The notes under the pieces: generated by a model
Seen by the model: only the letters and a program-made list of their open reading frames with translations
What the model was told of the DNA's origin: nothing
Database searches by the model: none
Shown here: positions 18,972 to 27,727 of the stretch, in pieces
Layout of the letters: each line of letters begins with the position of its first letter
Position numbering within the stretch: position 1 is the first letter of the stretch
Assembly: GCA_963693055.1 (NCBI GenBank)
Contig: OY843751.1
Coordinates: 3,232,001-3,296,000, forward strand
DNA: 64,000 nucleotides
Direction of reading: 5' to 3'
From: a bacterium
Lineage (GTDB): Bacteria > Zhuqueibacterota > Zhuqueibacteria > Residuimicrobiales > Krinioviventaceae
Made by a program: the position numbers and the translations under genes

Positions 18972-21134
18972 TTATCTAACGACAACGAGTTTTTGGTAAG
19001 AAACCTGTCCATCAGGGGTTTCAAAAACCGCGATATAAACGCCACTGTGTATCACCTGCTGGCTTGATGTTAACATGTCCCACTCGGTATGACCCGATTT
19101 AACAGGACTGTCGTGTTCCAATGTTTGCACAAGGTCACCATTTTCAGTAAAAATCTTGATTGTTACTTTGGCAGGCAGATTGAAAAACTGTACTGCGCGT
19201 TGATCGGTAAATCCATATTCAATCAACAAAGGATCGCTGATATTATAGGGATTGGGGACAATCCGGATTTTACTGAGATCATCCTGAGTAAAATGAGGTG
19301 GCTTAACCCATGAGATATTGGGGTCTAAAACGCGCGCACTGTAAATCACATTACCACGTGAAGCGGGATATGCGTTGGCATCATCATTTTCTACAAATGC
19401 CTTGGCTTGTACGTAATAATAGTAATGCGCGCCAATCAATACTTGTTTATCCACATACAAATGCTCAGCAGCAACATCATCAGGACCAGATGAATAGATT
19501 TCCTGGTACAATACTGTATCCATATTGGAAATCCGACGCATGATTCGGTAGCCGGCAAAATTCTCCATTGTTTCCGCTTCTTCATCTACCCACTTGATTT
19601 CTACACCTGTGCCCAGACCGGTAATCTCTACACTTGATGGTGGTGGCGGCGCCAGGGGTACTTTGTATCCATGATCAAAATTCCATTTGGCCCGGCTTGC
19701 GCTCTGCATTACAGAATCAACACCGGTACTAATCCAGCGATTTTTAATTTTGTCGCGTTCAGTTGCACCGGAAGGATATACAAAATTATCGGGGAAATAG
19801 CCAGTAACCGCATTGGGTATACCCGGAGGTTCTTCCAGATTATTTTTTGTCCATTTGTAACCAATTTCTTTGGATTTAGTAATACTCAATCCTGAATAAC
19901 CACTGGCATAAACCACGTGCAACTTTGTTCCGGGTAAAAATGTATAAGGGCCAAAACTGCTCCACATTTTGGAATCATTATTCTGATGCGTTCCCGCGGG
20001 GTGACTTGCAAAGTCGGCGCTACCCTGTTCATCACTGTTACCACCGTGATAAGTATCCGGCCAGGTATTTCCACCCATGGGAAAATATTCCGAATACCCG
20101 CCACGAATGGCCCAAAAATTCTTGCTGCCGAATTCATCACCCTGTTCGTTATAAGGAATCAGGTTATCTTTACCTATATAGGTTACTTTGGGCTGCAGAA
20201 AATCATCCTGATCATTAACATCAAATGTATAGGGTTCTTCTGACGCATGCAAAATAGAATACCAGATAAATTTTGAATTGAGCAGTCGTCCATTCTGTGA
20301 AACAGCAGGTGCACCCATATCATCACCGGTAGTTTCAGGATCATCTGCGCTGTATTCATAAAAAACACGAAGAGAATCACCTACACGGCCGCCATAATAA
20401 TGCTGCCAGGTAATTGAAGGATCAAAACGCTCTCCGGATGCAGGTGCCGGATTATTTCCATAGGAACGCAAAGTATTACTACCATTGAGCTGCATATTGA
20501 TAAAAAAGTCCGTCAATGTGTCATCTGAAACATTGGTAAACGTTACGTCTGTAATGATATAATCATTATGAAAATTCTGAGACCAAGCCATAATCGTTCG
20601 ATCAATCAGAACTCCCAGAATATTTTCAGTCGTCACTTTTATGATTTGATCACAAGTTAATTCTCCAAATTGAGCGGGATCAATCTCGCCGAATGGATCA
20701 ATAGTAGATTCTTCAAAATCCACTACCCTGTCCGCATAAGTATAACGAACATAATTTGTCATGGGCTCAACAACTTTACCCACAGGTTGAAAGTCATTAG
20801 TTGGGCCATATACAGCAACGGTATGAAGTGAATCAATAGGATCCACCCAATCTGTGGTTGCCAGCAGTATTCCACCGCCTACCCAGGCATCGCGATATTG
20901 TCCCCGGGCGCCCAGTATATCAAAATCATTGGGAAAGAATCCTGCCCGAAAATCAAAGCTGCCTTTATCTCCGTTAGCAGTAACACCGCTCCACACAGTT
21001 CCCATACGGATCTGTGCTTTTTCCAGTTCTGCCTGCGTTTGTGAAAAGGCATTCACAAACATGAACAACAGCAGGAACAGGGTTACAGAGATTGTAATAA
21101 TTCTGTTATGATAACAGGGTTTTGGAAAATTCAT
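18972..21134 (-). CDS. Secreted TBDR-partner protein with Fn3-like domain and 'PNPY...VVR' C-terminal sorting-like domain
   Basis: Signal peptide; PLAPPPP...W...FAGYRIMR...YYYYVQA Fn3-like segment; IRIVPNPY...FFNLP...IKIFT.NG.LV...SGVYI...KLVVVR. Confidence 0.75.
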   Translation of the reverse strand: MNFPKPCYHNRIITISVTLFLLLFMFVNAFSQTQAELEKAQIRMGTVWSGVTANGDKGSFDFRAGFFPNDFDILGARGQYRDAWVGGGILLATTDWVDPIDSLHTVAVYGPTNDFQPVGKVVEPMTNYVRYTYADRVVDFEESTIDPFGEIDPAQFGELTCDQIIKVTTENILGVLIDRTIMAWSQNFHNDYIITDVTFTNVSDDTLTDFFINMQLNGSNTLRSYGNNPAPASGERFDPSITWQHYYGGRVGDSLRVFYEYSADDPETTGDDMGAPAVSQNGRLLNSKFIWYSILHASEEPYTFDVNDQDDFLQPKVTYIGKDNLIPYNEQGDEFGSKNFWAIRGGYSEYFPMGGNTWPDTYHGGNSDEQGSADFASHPAGTHQNNDSKMWSSFGPYTFLPGTKLHVVYASGYSGLSITKSKEIGYKWTKNNLEEPPGIPNAVTGYFPDNFVYPSGATERDKIKNRWISTGVDSVMQSASRAKWNFDHGYKVPLAPPPPSSVEITGLGTGVEIKWVDEEAETMENFAGYRIMRRISNMDTVLYQEIYSSGPDDVAAEHLYVDKQVLIGAHYYYYVQAKAFVENDDANAYPASRGNVIYSARVLDPNISWVKPPHFTQDDLSKIRIVPNPYNISDPLLIEYGFTDQRAVQFFNLPAKVTIKIFTENGDLVQTLEHDSPVKSGHTEWDMLTSSQQVIHSGVYIAVFETPDGQVSYQKLVVVR

Positions 21135-21172
21135 ATAAACTCCATCCCATTTTAATATCGAACTCGATTAAA

Positions 21173-24100
21173 TTAAAAATTGAAACGTAAACCAAACCAT
21201 ATATCACGAGGTTGCCCATAAAGCCAATAGGTATTGATGGGATCGTTGATATAGGGTTTATCTTCTGAACGTAGATCACCAATCTTGTCATCACCGGGGA
21301 GATAATACCCTTCATGCTGTTCACGAAGATTATCATATTTCGGTGAATCATATTCGGGTAATTTCAAAGAAGCCATATAGTTTATAAAATCTGAACGTTC
21401 ATCAAGATCCTGACCAGAGACATATTCAAACGCATATCCACGGTGCATGATACTATTCTTTATATTGAAAACGTTACTTACATCCACATAAAAAGTAGTA
21501 TTGATATTGGCAACCTTGAATGTTTTGGCAATTTTCAAATCTACCATATAGAATGAAGGCCAGCGCATATTGTCGTTCACATAGGGTTCGTCTAGTGGAT
21601 TCCAGGTAAAATAATCACCCGCTTCCCACTCGGCAAAAAATGTAATATTCCATCCACCCAATGGACTGCTGCCCATTATTTCAGGACCAAAACTAAGCGG
21701 CGAACGAAAAGTAACATTTGCATTTAGCTGGGGGATTGGTAATGAGCGGGTTTCCTGTCCTTCGTACAAACCTTCCCGATCATCCAAAACATCTTCTTCA
21801 GTATACTCTTCACGTCCCGTCAGACCTGATTTTTTCAGCATATAATTGAAATTTAACCAGCCATTAATCCAACTGTTATCCTGTTTCGAGATATTGAGTT
21901 CAAATCCCTGAATGTCTTCATATTGGTTATTCATCCAGAAATCATAATCAATACCTTCGCTATTCTTGTAATTCACATCTCCATTCTCACCAGTAACATC
22001 TTTGGAGTATCCGGAGAGTTTTACAACATAGCTTTCCATAACATTCAATGCAGCGCCCAACTCGTACGATATAGTTCTTGGTGGCGCCAGGTTGGGGTTC
22101 GCCATATCATATAATCCGTTCTTGGTGTAACGGTAACGATATAAATACATGGTGGAATAAGGAGGATTAGAGCGAAAATGTCCGTAATTGAAATAAAATT
22201 TAGAATTAACTGTAATGGGAAAAGATACACCAATACGCGGACTGACAGTGAAATGGTTTTCAATAGGTTTCAGAAAACCCGGGTGTTCCTTGTCATACGC
22301 TTCCCACAAATCCCAGATATATGATCTGCCCTGTTCCAGGTAATCAAACAATACTGAATCTTCAGCAAAATTCTGCGGTGTAAACATTTCAACATTATAA
22401 GCATCACCAGAGGGCCACTTGCCTCCGCCGCCATAATAATAATCAAAACGTAGACCTACATTGGCAACGATTTGAGAATAACTCATCTGGTCTTGTATAA
22501 AAAAGCCGGTCTGGCTTGGAGTTCGGTGATAATTGAATTCGTATACATTATAATAATTCTCGTTCCATTTCTGCCAATGTTGATGATCAAGATCCATATA
22601 ATTGTATTCAAAACCTGCTTTGGCATAATGGTTTGAACCAAATTGTGAGGTTAGTTCAAATTTTGCACGATACTGGGTTGTGCTGGTATTATCGTACAAG
22701 TCTCCCTCTTTACGTCTAAATCGTCTTGAAAGGCCTGGCAGAGCATCATAACTGGGATACTCGTAACCATCAAGCCTATTGATGCCGTATTGCATTTTCC
22801 CATAGGGCATTTCAGATACGGGGAAAGGTCCAAAATATGTCAGAATAGTATTATCACGGGTATTGCCGGTTGGTGTATCATTCTTTATATTTAAAGCGCT
22901 TAGGGTCAATTCCCAGAACATGGTAGGATTGAGTATATGGTTTACTGTTAAACCACCCATCATTGTCTTTTGCTTCAGGATAGGAAAAAACGGTTGGTCA
23001 TACCAATAATCAGGATTTTTATACACATATTTAACATTATTGATGGGCATAAAACCACCTTCACGACTGGCATCCGGGAAATCACCCCATGCCGGCCGAA
23101 TCGGGCTAATACCTTCCTGATCTTTCATTAACCCGTTAAAAGTTAATGAAAGATTTTCAGAAGGCTGGGCTTTCATTGTTGCCAAGGTGGTGTAGGTTTT
23201 CTCACTGCGACGTGTGACCGGCATTACATAATGCCTTTCACGTGAATTGTTAGAGATATAAAAAGTGGCATTTCCAAGCATTTTACCAACAAGAGGTACC
23301 GGGCCGCCAAAACCACCATCAAAATTCCAATCGCTACCATCTTCCTGCATTTTGTGTTCTGCAAATAGCTTTTTATGCTCATCTGAAACCGTATAGCCCA
23401 ATTCAGCAAGACCTTCATAATCTGGCTCTGCCATGTGCATCCAGGCGGCTAATAGATAATAATCTAATGGAGTCGCCTGGTCTTCCGGCTCTTTGCCCAT
23501 ATTATAGATTTGAGCTGCGGTATTCCATCCCATAAAACTGAGATGCTGTTCACGCAGATAATCATTATCTTTCCATGCTTCTTCTGTCCCTACAAAAGCT
23601 ACATTGGGATCAAGTAACGGACGTAAAGCAGGGCCATTGGGATCATAAAAAGAAGGTCCAAAACGGCGTATATGAGAATTATCCATTGACATCTGAACCG
23701 TTCCATGATAACCGTCATGCGTTCCGCTTTTGGTTGTTACATTGATCAGGCCTGAACGGAAATTGCCATATTCTGCATTATAACCACCGGAAAGTAACGA
23801 CACCTGTTCTACCGCACTGAGTGGAATGCTGGTTTCGGCATTACCCACAGCAGCATTCATATAAGATAATCCATTAACCATCATGCCCGTTTGATCAGCA
23901 GAACCGCCGCGGATGGTCAGGTATCCATTATTTTCTGAAACACCCGGTAATTTTGACAGGAATGAATTAATTTCACGGATACCGGTAGCATCCTGCAATT
24001 GAACATCCGAAACCACCAATTGCGTGTTAGAGACCTCAACATGTAGCTGGTCTTTTTCAGCCAGCACTACAACTTCGGAGCCTTGAAGTACCTGCGAACT

Positions 24101-24424
24101 GAGTGAAAAATTTATCTCGGCTTTACGATTGAGCGAAACCATAAGGTCTTTTTTGACCTGGGTTTCATACCCCATCATGGTTGCTCTGACAGTATACTTA
24201 CCCACCGGAACATTGATTATGATAAAATGCCCATTCAGGTCTGTCGCGGCCCCCAAATTGGTCCCTTCAATCATCACATTGGCACCTGCCAATGGATCAC
24301 CTGTACCCGCTTCTTTTACGGTACCGGCAATTCGACTTCGGGTTTGAGCAAAACCAATGCTGCTTGCAAAAAGTATCAGCAGCAAAATTACAGGGCCCCG
24401 TTTAAAAAAATGATTTTTTAACAT
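21173..24424 (-). CDS. TonB-dependent receptor with N-terminal carboxypeptidase-regulatory-like domain
   Basis: IAGTVKEAGTGDPLAGANV...GAATDLNG; plug IRGG, GGYNAEYGN; SPRIGVSFPI; C-terminal PRDIWFGLRFNF. Confidence 0.92.
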   Translation of the reverse strand: MLKNHFFKRGPVILLLILFASSIGFAQTRSRIAGTVKEAGTGDPLAGANVMIEGTNLGAATDLNGHFIIINVPVGKYTVRATMMGYETQVKKDLMVSLNRKAEINFSLSSQVLQGSEVVVLAEKDQLHVEVSNTQLVVSDVQLQDATGIREINSFLSKLPGVSENNGYLTIRGGSADQTGMMVNGLSYMNAAVGNAETSIPLSAVEQVSLLSGGYNAEYGNFRSGLINVTTKSGTHDGYHGTVQMSMDNSHIRRFGPSFYDPNGPALRPLLDPNVAFVGTEEAWKDNDYLREQHLSFMGWNTAAQIYNMGKEPEDQATPLDYYLLAAWMHMAEPDYEGLAELGYTVSDEHKKLFAEHKMQEDGSDWNFDGGFGGPVPLVGKMLGNATFYISNNSRERHYVMPVTRRSEKTYTTLATMKAQPSENLSLTFNGLMKDQEGISPIRPAWGDFPDASREGGFMPINNVKYVYKNPDYWYDQPFFPILKQKTMMGGLTVNHILNPTMFWELTLSALNIKNDTPTGNTRDNTILTYFGPFPVSEMPYGKMQYGINRLDGYEYPSYDALPGLSRRFRRKEGDLYDNTSTTQYRAKFELTSQFGSNHYAKAGFEYNYMDLDHQHWQKWNENYYNVYEFNYHRTPSQTGFFIQDQMSYSQIVANVGLRFDYYYGGGGKWPSGDAYNVEMFTPQNFAEDSVLFDYLEQGRSYIWDLWEAYDKEHPGFLKPIENHFTVSPRIGVSFPITVNSKFYFNYGHFRSNPPYSTMYLYRYRYTKNGLYDMANPNLAPPRTISYELGAALNVMESYVVKLSGYSKDVTGENGDVNYKNSEGIDYDFWMNNQYEDIQGFELNISKQDNSWINGWLNFNYMLKKSGLTGREEYTEEDVLDDREGLYEGQETRSLPIPQLNANVTFRSPLSFGPEIMGSSPLGGWNITFFAEWEAGDYFTWNPLDEPYVNDNMRWPSFYMVDLKIAKTFKVANINTTFYVDVSNVFNIKNSIMHRGYAFEYVSGQDLDERSDFINYMASLKLPEYDSPKYDNLREQHEGYYLPGDDKIGDLRSEDKPYINDPINTYWLYGQPRDIWFGLRFNF

Positions 24425-24469
24425 TTATCTCTCCCTTGAACAAGTACAACTTACCTGTTCTGACAGCCA

Positions 24470-26140
24470 TCATCGAATTAATTGCATTTTTATAATTTTA
24501 GAGCGGTTGCCGTAACGCAAATATGCAAAATACAATCCTGAACTCACTTGCACATTATATTCATTTGTACCATTCCAATTCAGTTCATATGCACCATTAT
24601 TTTGAAAACCTTCTAAAAGTTTCTTAACCAGTCGTCCTCTCACATCATAGATGCCCAGTGACACATATTCAGGGGTCGGAATACTAAAGGAAATTGTAGT
24701 AGTGGGATTGAACGGATTGGGATAGTTTCTCAACAGTACAAGACTTGCTGGCACAGTTGCTTCTTTTATATCTGTAGTTGAATTGGGAACCAGGCTATTG
24801 ATATAATTTTCCAACATGGTATATCCATTTTCATCTACCACATTGCGGTCGGTATCATCATTCGGATTCAGGTTATGTTCCAACTCCCAATCATCCGGCA
24901 TGCCATCGTGATCTGAATCAACAGGAGCTGCAAGACTGGATAAAACAGGCCATCCACCAACATCATTCTGGCTGTCAATTATACCCCGAATAATGGTTGT
25001 ATCTGACAAATTTTGGATCTCTTCATATCCCGGACCTTCAAAAGTTGCTGTTCCAGATTCAACTTCTGAGATTATTCGGGCATCTATAGGGTCACGAGCC
25101 GGCAAAGTTGCGCCAACATCTGCCAATACACTGAGGAATGCCTCTTCTGCAGTTTGAGTGGTAACTGTTGTAAATGGAAATGGTTCATCAACACCAATAA
25201 TAGATTTAACGGCTGAACTTCCCTGAACTCCTCCAGCCCAATTGTCATTTGTAATATTGGGTGAACCTACAACATAATTATCTTCAATATACCACCTACC
25301 CGCAGTACCTGAAGGTTCACAAATTCTAAATTTAACACTGCTTTTGGTAGCCGGACCGGATTTATAATAATTGGCAATCATGTTAATTGTACCGGCTTCA
25401 CCGCCATAAGCACTGTTAAATCCCCAATTATAGATCACATTGTTTCGATAGTCTACATTTTTACAGGTTGAAGTCTGACCTCCGGCAAATCTCGGATTTC
25501 TGCTGGAATGATGCGCAAACAGATTGTGATGGAAAGAAGCATCTTCACCACCCCAAATACCTCCGTAACCATGTGCACCTTTGGAATGATTCGAGTTGTA
25601 CAAACTTTCAGAGATTAAACACCACTGAACGGTAAGACTGTCAATTCCATAATAAGACAATCCTTCATCCACACTCCAGCTTGCTGAACAATGATCAAGA
25701 ATTACACTCTTGCAATAACGTCCCCATGTTGCATCAGACTCTTCTCCGGATTCATCACCCAATCGAAACCGCATATAACGAATTATCACTTCATTGTGGT
25801 TTACATATAAAGTATGGTCTTTAATGCATATTCCGTCGCCAGGGGCAGTTTGACCGGCAATGGTAATATAGGGACTTTTTATTTTGAGATCAGATTCCAG
25901 AGCAATGGTACCGGATACCCGAAAAACTACAGTTCTAGGGCCGCTGGCTTCAATAGCTTCCCGTAAACTGCCAGGGCCACTGTCATTTAAATTGGTTACT
26001 TCATAGACCTCTCCACCACGGCCGCCTTTTGTATACATGCCTGCTCCTTCAGCGCCCGGGAAAGCAGTTACCCGGGCGTATGTAAAGGAAGAAAAAATCA
26101 ACAAACATGAAATTATATATTTAGTTAAATTGAATTTCAC
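24470..26140 (-). CDS. Pectate lyase PL1 with T9SS-type C-terminal domain
   Basis: AFPGAEGAG..GGRGG, IAGQTAPGDG, ILDHCSASWSVDE, SRNPR, DSDHDGMPDDWE; NYPNPFNP tail. Confidence 0.92.
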   Translation of the reverse strand: MKFNLTKYIISCLLIFSSFTYARVTAFPGAEGAGMYTKGGRGGEVYEVTNLNDSGPGSLREAIEASGPRTVVFRVSGTIALESDLKIKSPYITIAGQTAPGDGICIKDHTLYVNHNEVIIRYMRFRLGDESGEESDATWGRYCKSVILDHCSASWSVDEGLSYYGIDSLTVQWCLISESLYNSNHSKGAHGYGGIWGGEDASFHHNLFAHHSSRNPRFAGGQTSTCKNVDYRNNVIYNWGFNSAYGGEAGTINMIANYYKSGPATKSSVKFRICEPSGTAGRWYIEDNYVVGSPNITNDNWAGGVQGSSAVKSIIGVDEPFPFTTVTTQTAEEAFLSVLADVGATLPARDPIDARIISEVESGTATFEGPGYEEIQNLSDTTIIRGIIDSQNDVGGWPVLSSLAAPVDSDHDGMPDDWELEHNLNPNDDTDRNVVDENGYTMLENYINSLVPNSTTDIKEATVPASLVLLRNYPNPFNPTTTISFSIPTPEYVSLGIYDVRGRLVKKLLEGFQNNGAYELNWNGTNEYNVQVSSGLYFAYLRYGNRSKIIKMQLIR

Positions 26141-26178
26141 AATATTCCTCTCAACATCTCGTAATCCATACCAATCTA

Positions 26179-27546
26179 CTATTCAAGCAGGGTCATTTTC
26201 TTTGTCATTACACCGTTTGGTGTCTCAAGACGATAAAAATAAATACCTGAAGGTAATTCTTTAGCTTCAAAGGTAACTTTATGTTCACCTGCTGACAATC
26301 TACCATCAACCAACTGTGCAACTCGGTGTCCTAGCAAATTATAGACATTCAAAATTGTTTGTCCATCTTGGGCAAGTGAGAATTGAATGCTGGTTTCAGG
26401 ATTAAATGGATTGGGGTAATTTTGTTTTAATGCCATGGATTGAGGATAAGCTGCTGCATTATCATCTTCAATTGCAGTTGCATTGGTTGCCCAACGAGGA
26501 TCACCAATAGCGCCACCGTCTGATGCATATGTCAATAATGCAGAACCGGCAGGTAAAGTAAAATCGCCATTTTCGGGATCAGCAAATTCAGGATCAATAG
26601 CCAAAGTATCAGAAACCGGATGATCACGCCAGTTACGTGCACCTACATCCCACAAACAAATATTATTAATAACTGCCTGTTCAGGAGTTACGGTTTCTTT
26701 GATATTGATTACTACCTTGTCTTTATTGATCTGTTGAACACAAATAGAGTTACTTACCTGCCATTGACCCAAGTGTGGTCCTTTTTCACAAAGAATCACT
26801 TCACGGCCATCTTCAGTACCAATGTTATACCACGTGGTACGATCAATAACAACAGATGGTGTATTCAAGGGGAAATTGCTTTCAACAGGACCCGCAACGC
26901 GAAAACCATAACTATTAATCGTATTAAAAGTTGAATTAGTTAAAGAAATAAAATTTGCACCACAGTATTTATAGTAAATAGAAGTGCCAGTGTTTTCCAT
27001 AATTACATTATCTACAAAAGTAGAATCTACAATAACATTACCGCGCATATCTGAACCACCGGCTGCAATAACGTCACTGACAAAATCATGAATGTAACAA
27101 TTTTCGACTCTGATTTTATTAATAGTAGCTTCGTTTGGAGTTTCACCCATATAAAAGGTAATCAGATAATCTGCACTGGGTGCACTACCGAATGAACCAT
27201 CAATTTCAAGGTTTCTTAAAGTTAAAGAGGCATTATCGCCAACTTCAAAAAAACGAATGGTACTTTCACCATCGGGGGGAGTTTGTATTTTCAAAATTGC
27301 TTTGGCAATCGCGGCATCGCCACCTTCAACATCAATTGTTATATTTTTGTCTACAATGGTACCAAAAATATAACCCGTTGATTCGGTGTATTCACCCTCA
27401 GGTACCAGTTCAAGTATATCTCCATCCTGAGCATCTGTCAGAGCCTGGGTCAAGGTACCCTCACCGGGGTATACAGTAACAATATTTTGTGAAAAACCAA
27501 CTGCAGTTAATGCAACCAAACAAACAATAACTAACCAATTCTTCAT
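26179..27546 (-). CDS. Secreted beta-helix-like (DUF5123-like) protein with T9SS-type C-terminal domain
   Basis: Signal peptide; DGDILEL, repeated I.NS/CY turns, DPEFADPENGDFTL...GAIGDPRW; NYPNPFNP tail. Confidence 0.7.
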   Translation of the reverse strand: MKNWLVIVCLVALTAVGFSQNIVTVYPGEGTLTQALTDAQDGDILELVPEGEYTESTGYIFGTIVDKNITIDVEGGDAAIAKAILKIQTPPDGESTIRFFEVGDNASLTLRNLEIDGSFGSAPSADYLITFYMGETPNEATINKIRVENCYIHDFVSDVIAAGGSDMRGNVIVDSTFVDNVIMENTGTSIYYKYCGANFISLTNSTFNTINSYGFRVAGPVESNFPLNTPSVVIDRTTWYNIGTEDGREVILCEKGPHLGQWQVSNSICVQQINKDKVVINIKETVTPEQAVINNICLWDVGARNWRDHPVSDTLAIDPEFADPENGDFTLPAGSALLTYASDGGAIGDPRWATNATAIEDDNAAAYPQSMALKQNYPNPFNPETSIQFSLAQDGQTILNVYNLLGHRVAQLVDGRLSAGEHKVTFEAKELPSGIYFYRLETPNGVMTKKMTLLE

Positions 27547-27623
27547 TTCTCATTCCTCCGTAATATTTATGATTATTGATATTAAATTCAGGTATCATAA
27601 AATCCTGACGAATATTACAGTGG

Positions 27624-27689
27624 AATATAATATGAAAAGCAGGATTTGTAAATCCTGCTCAGTTCAGAAAAGGTTCAATATTGTTCAGA
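27624..27689 (-). promoter_or_regulatory. Candidate PUL promoter with upstream AraC/HTCS-type direct repeats and an overlapping palindrome
   Basis: Minus strand TTTACA(27652-27647)-17-TATATT(27629-27624); TCTGAAC repeated 21 bp apart (27662-68, 27683-89); palindrome AGCAGGATTT-GT-AAATCCTGCT at 27638-27659. Confidence 0.55.
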
Positions 27690-27727
27690 CGGGGTATAAA
27701 TGCGTATTTTGTGGTATTTTGTGGGTT

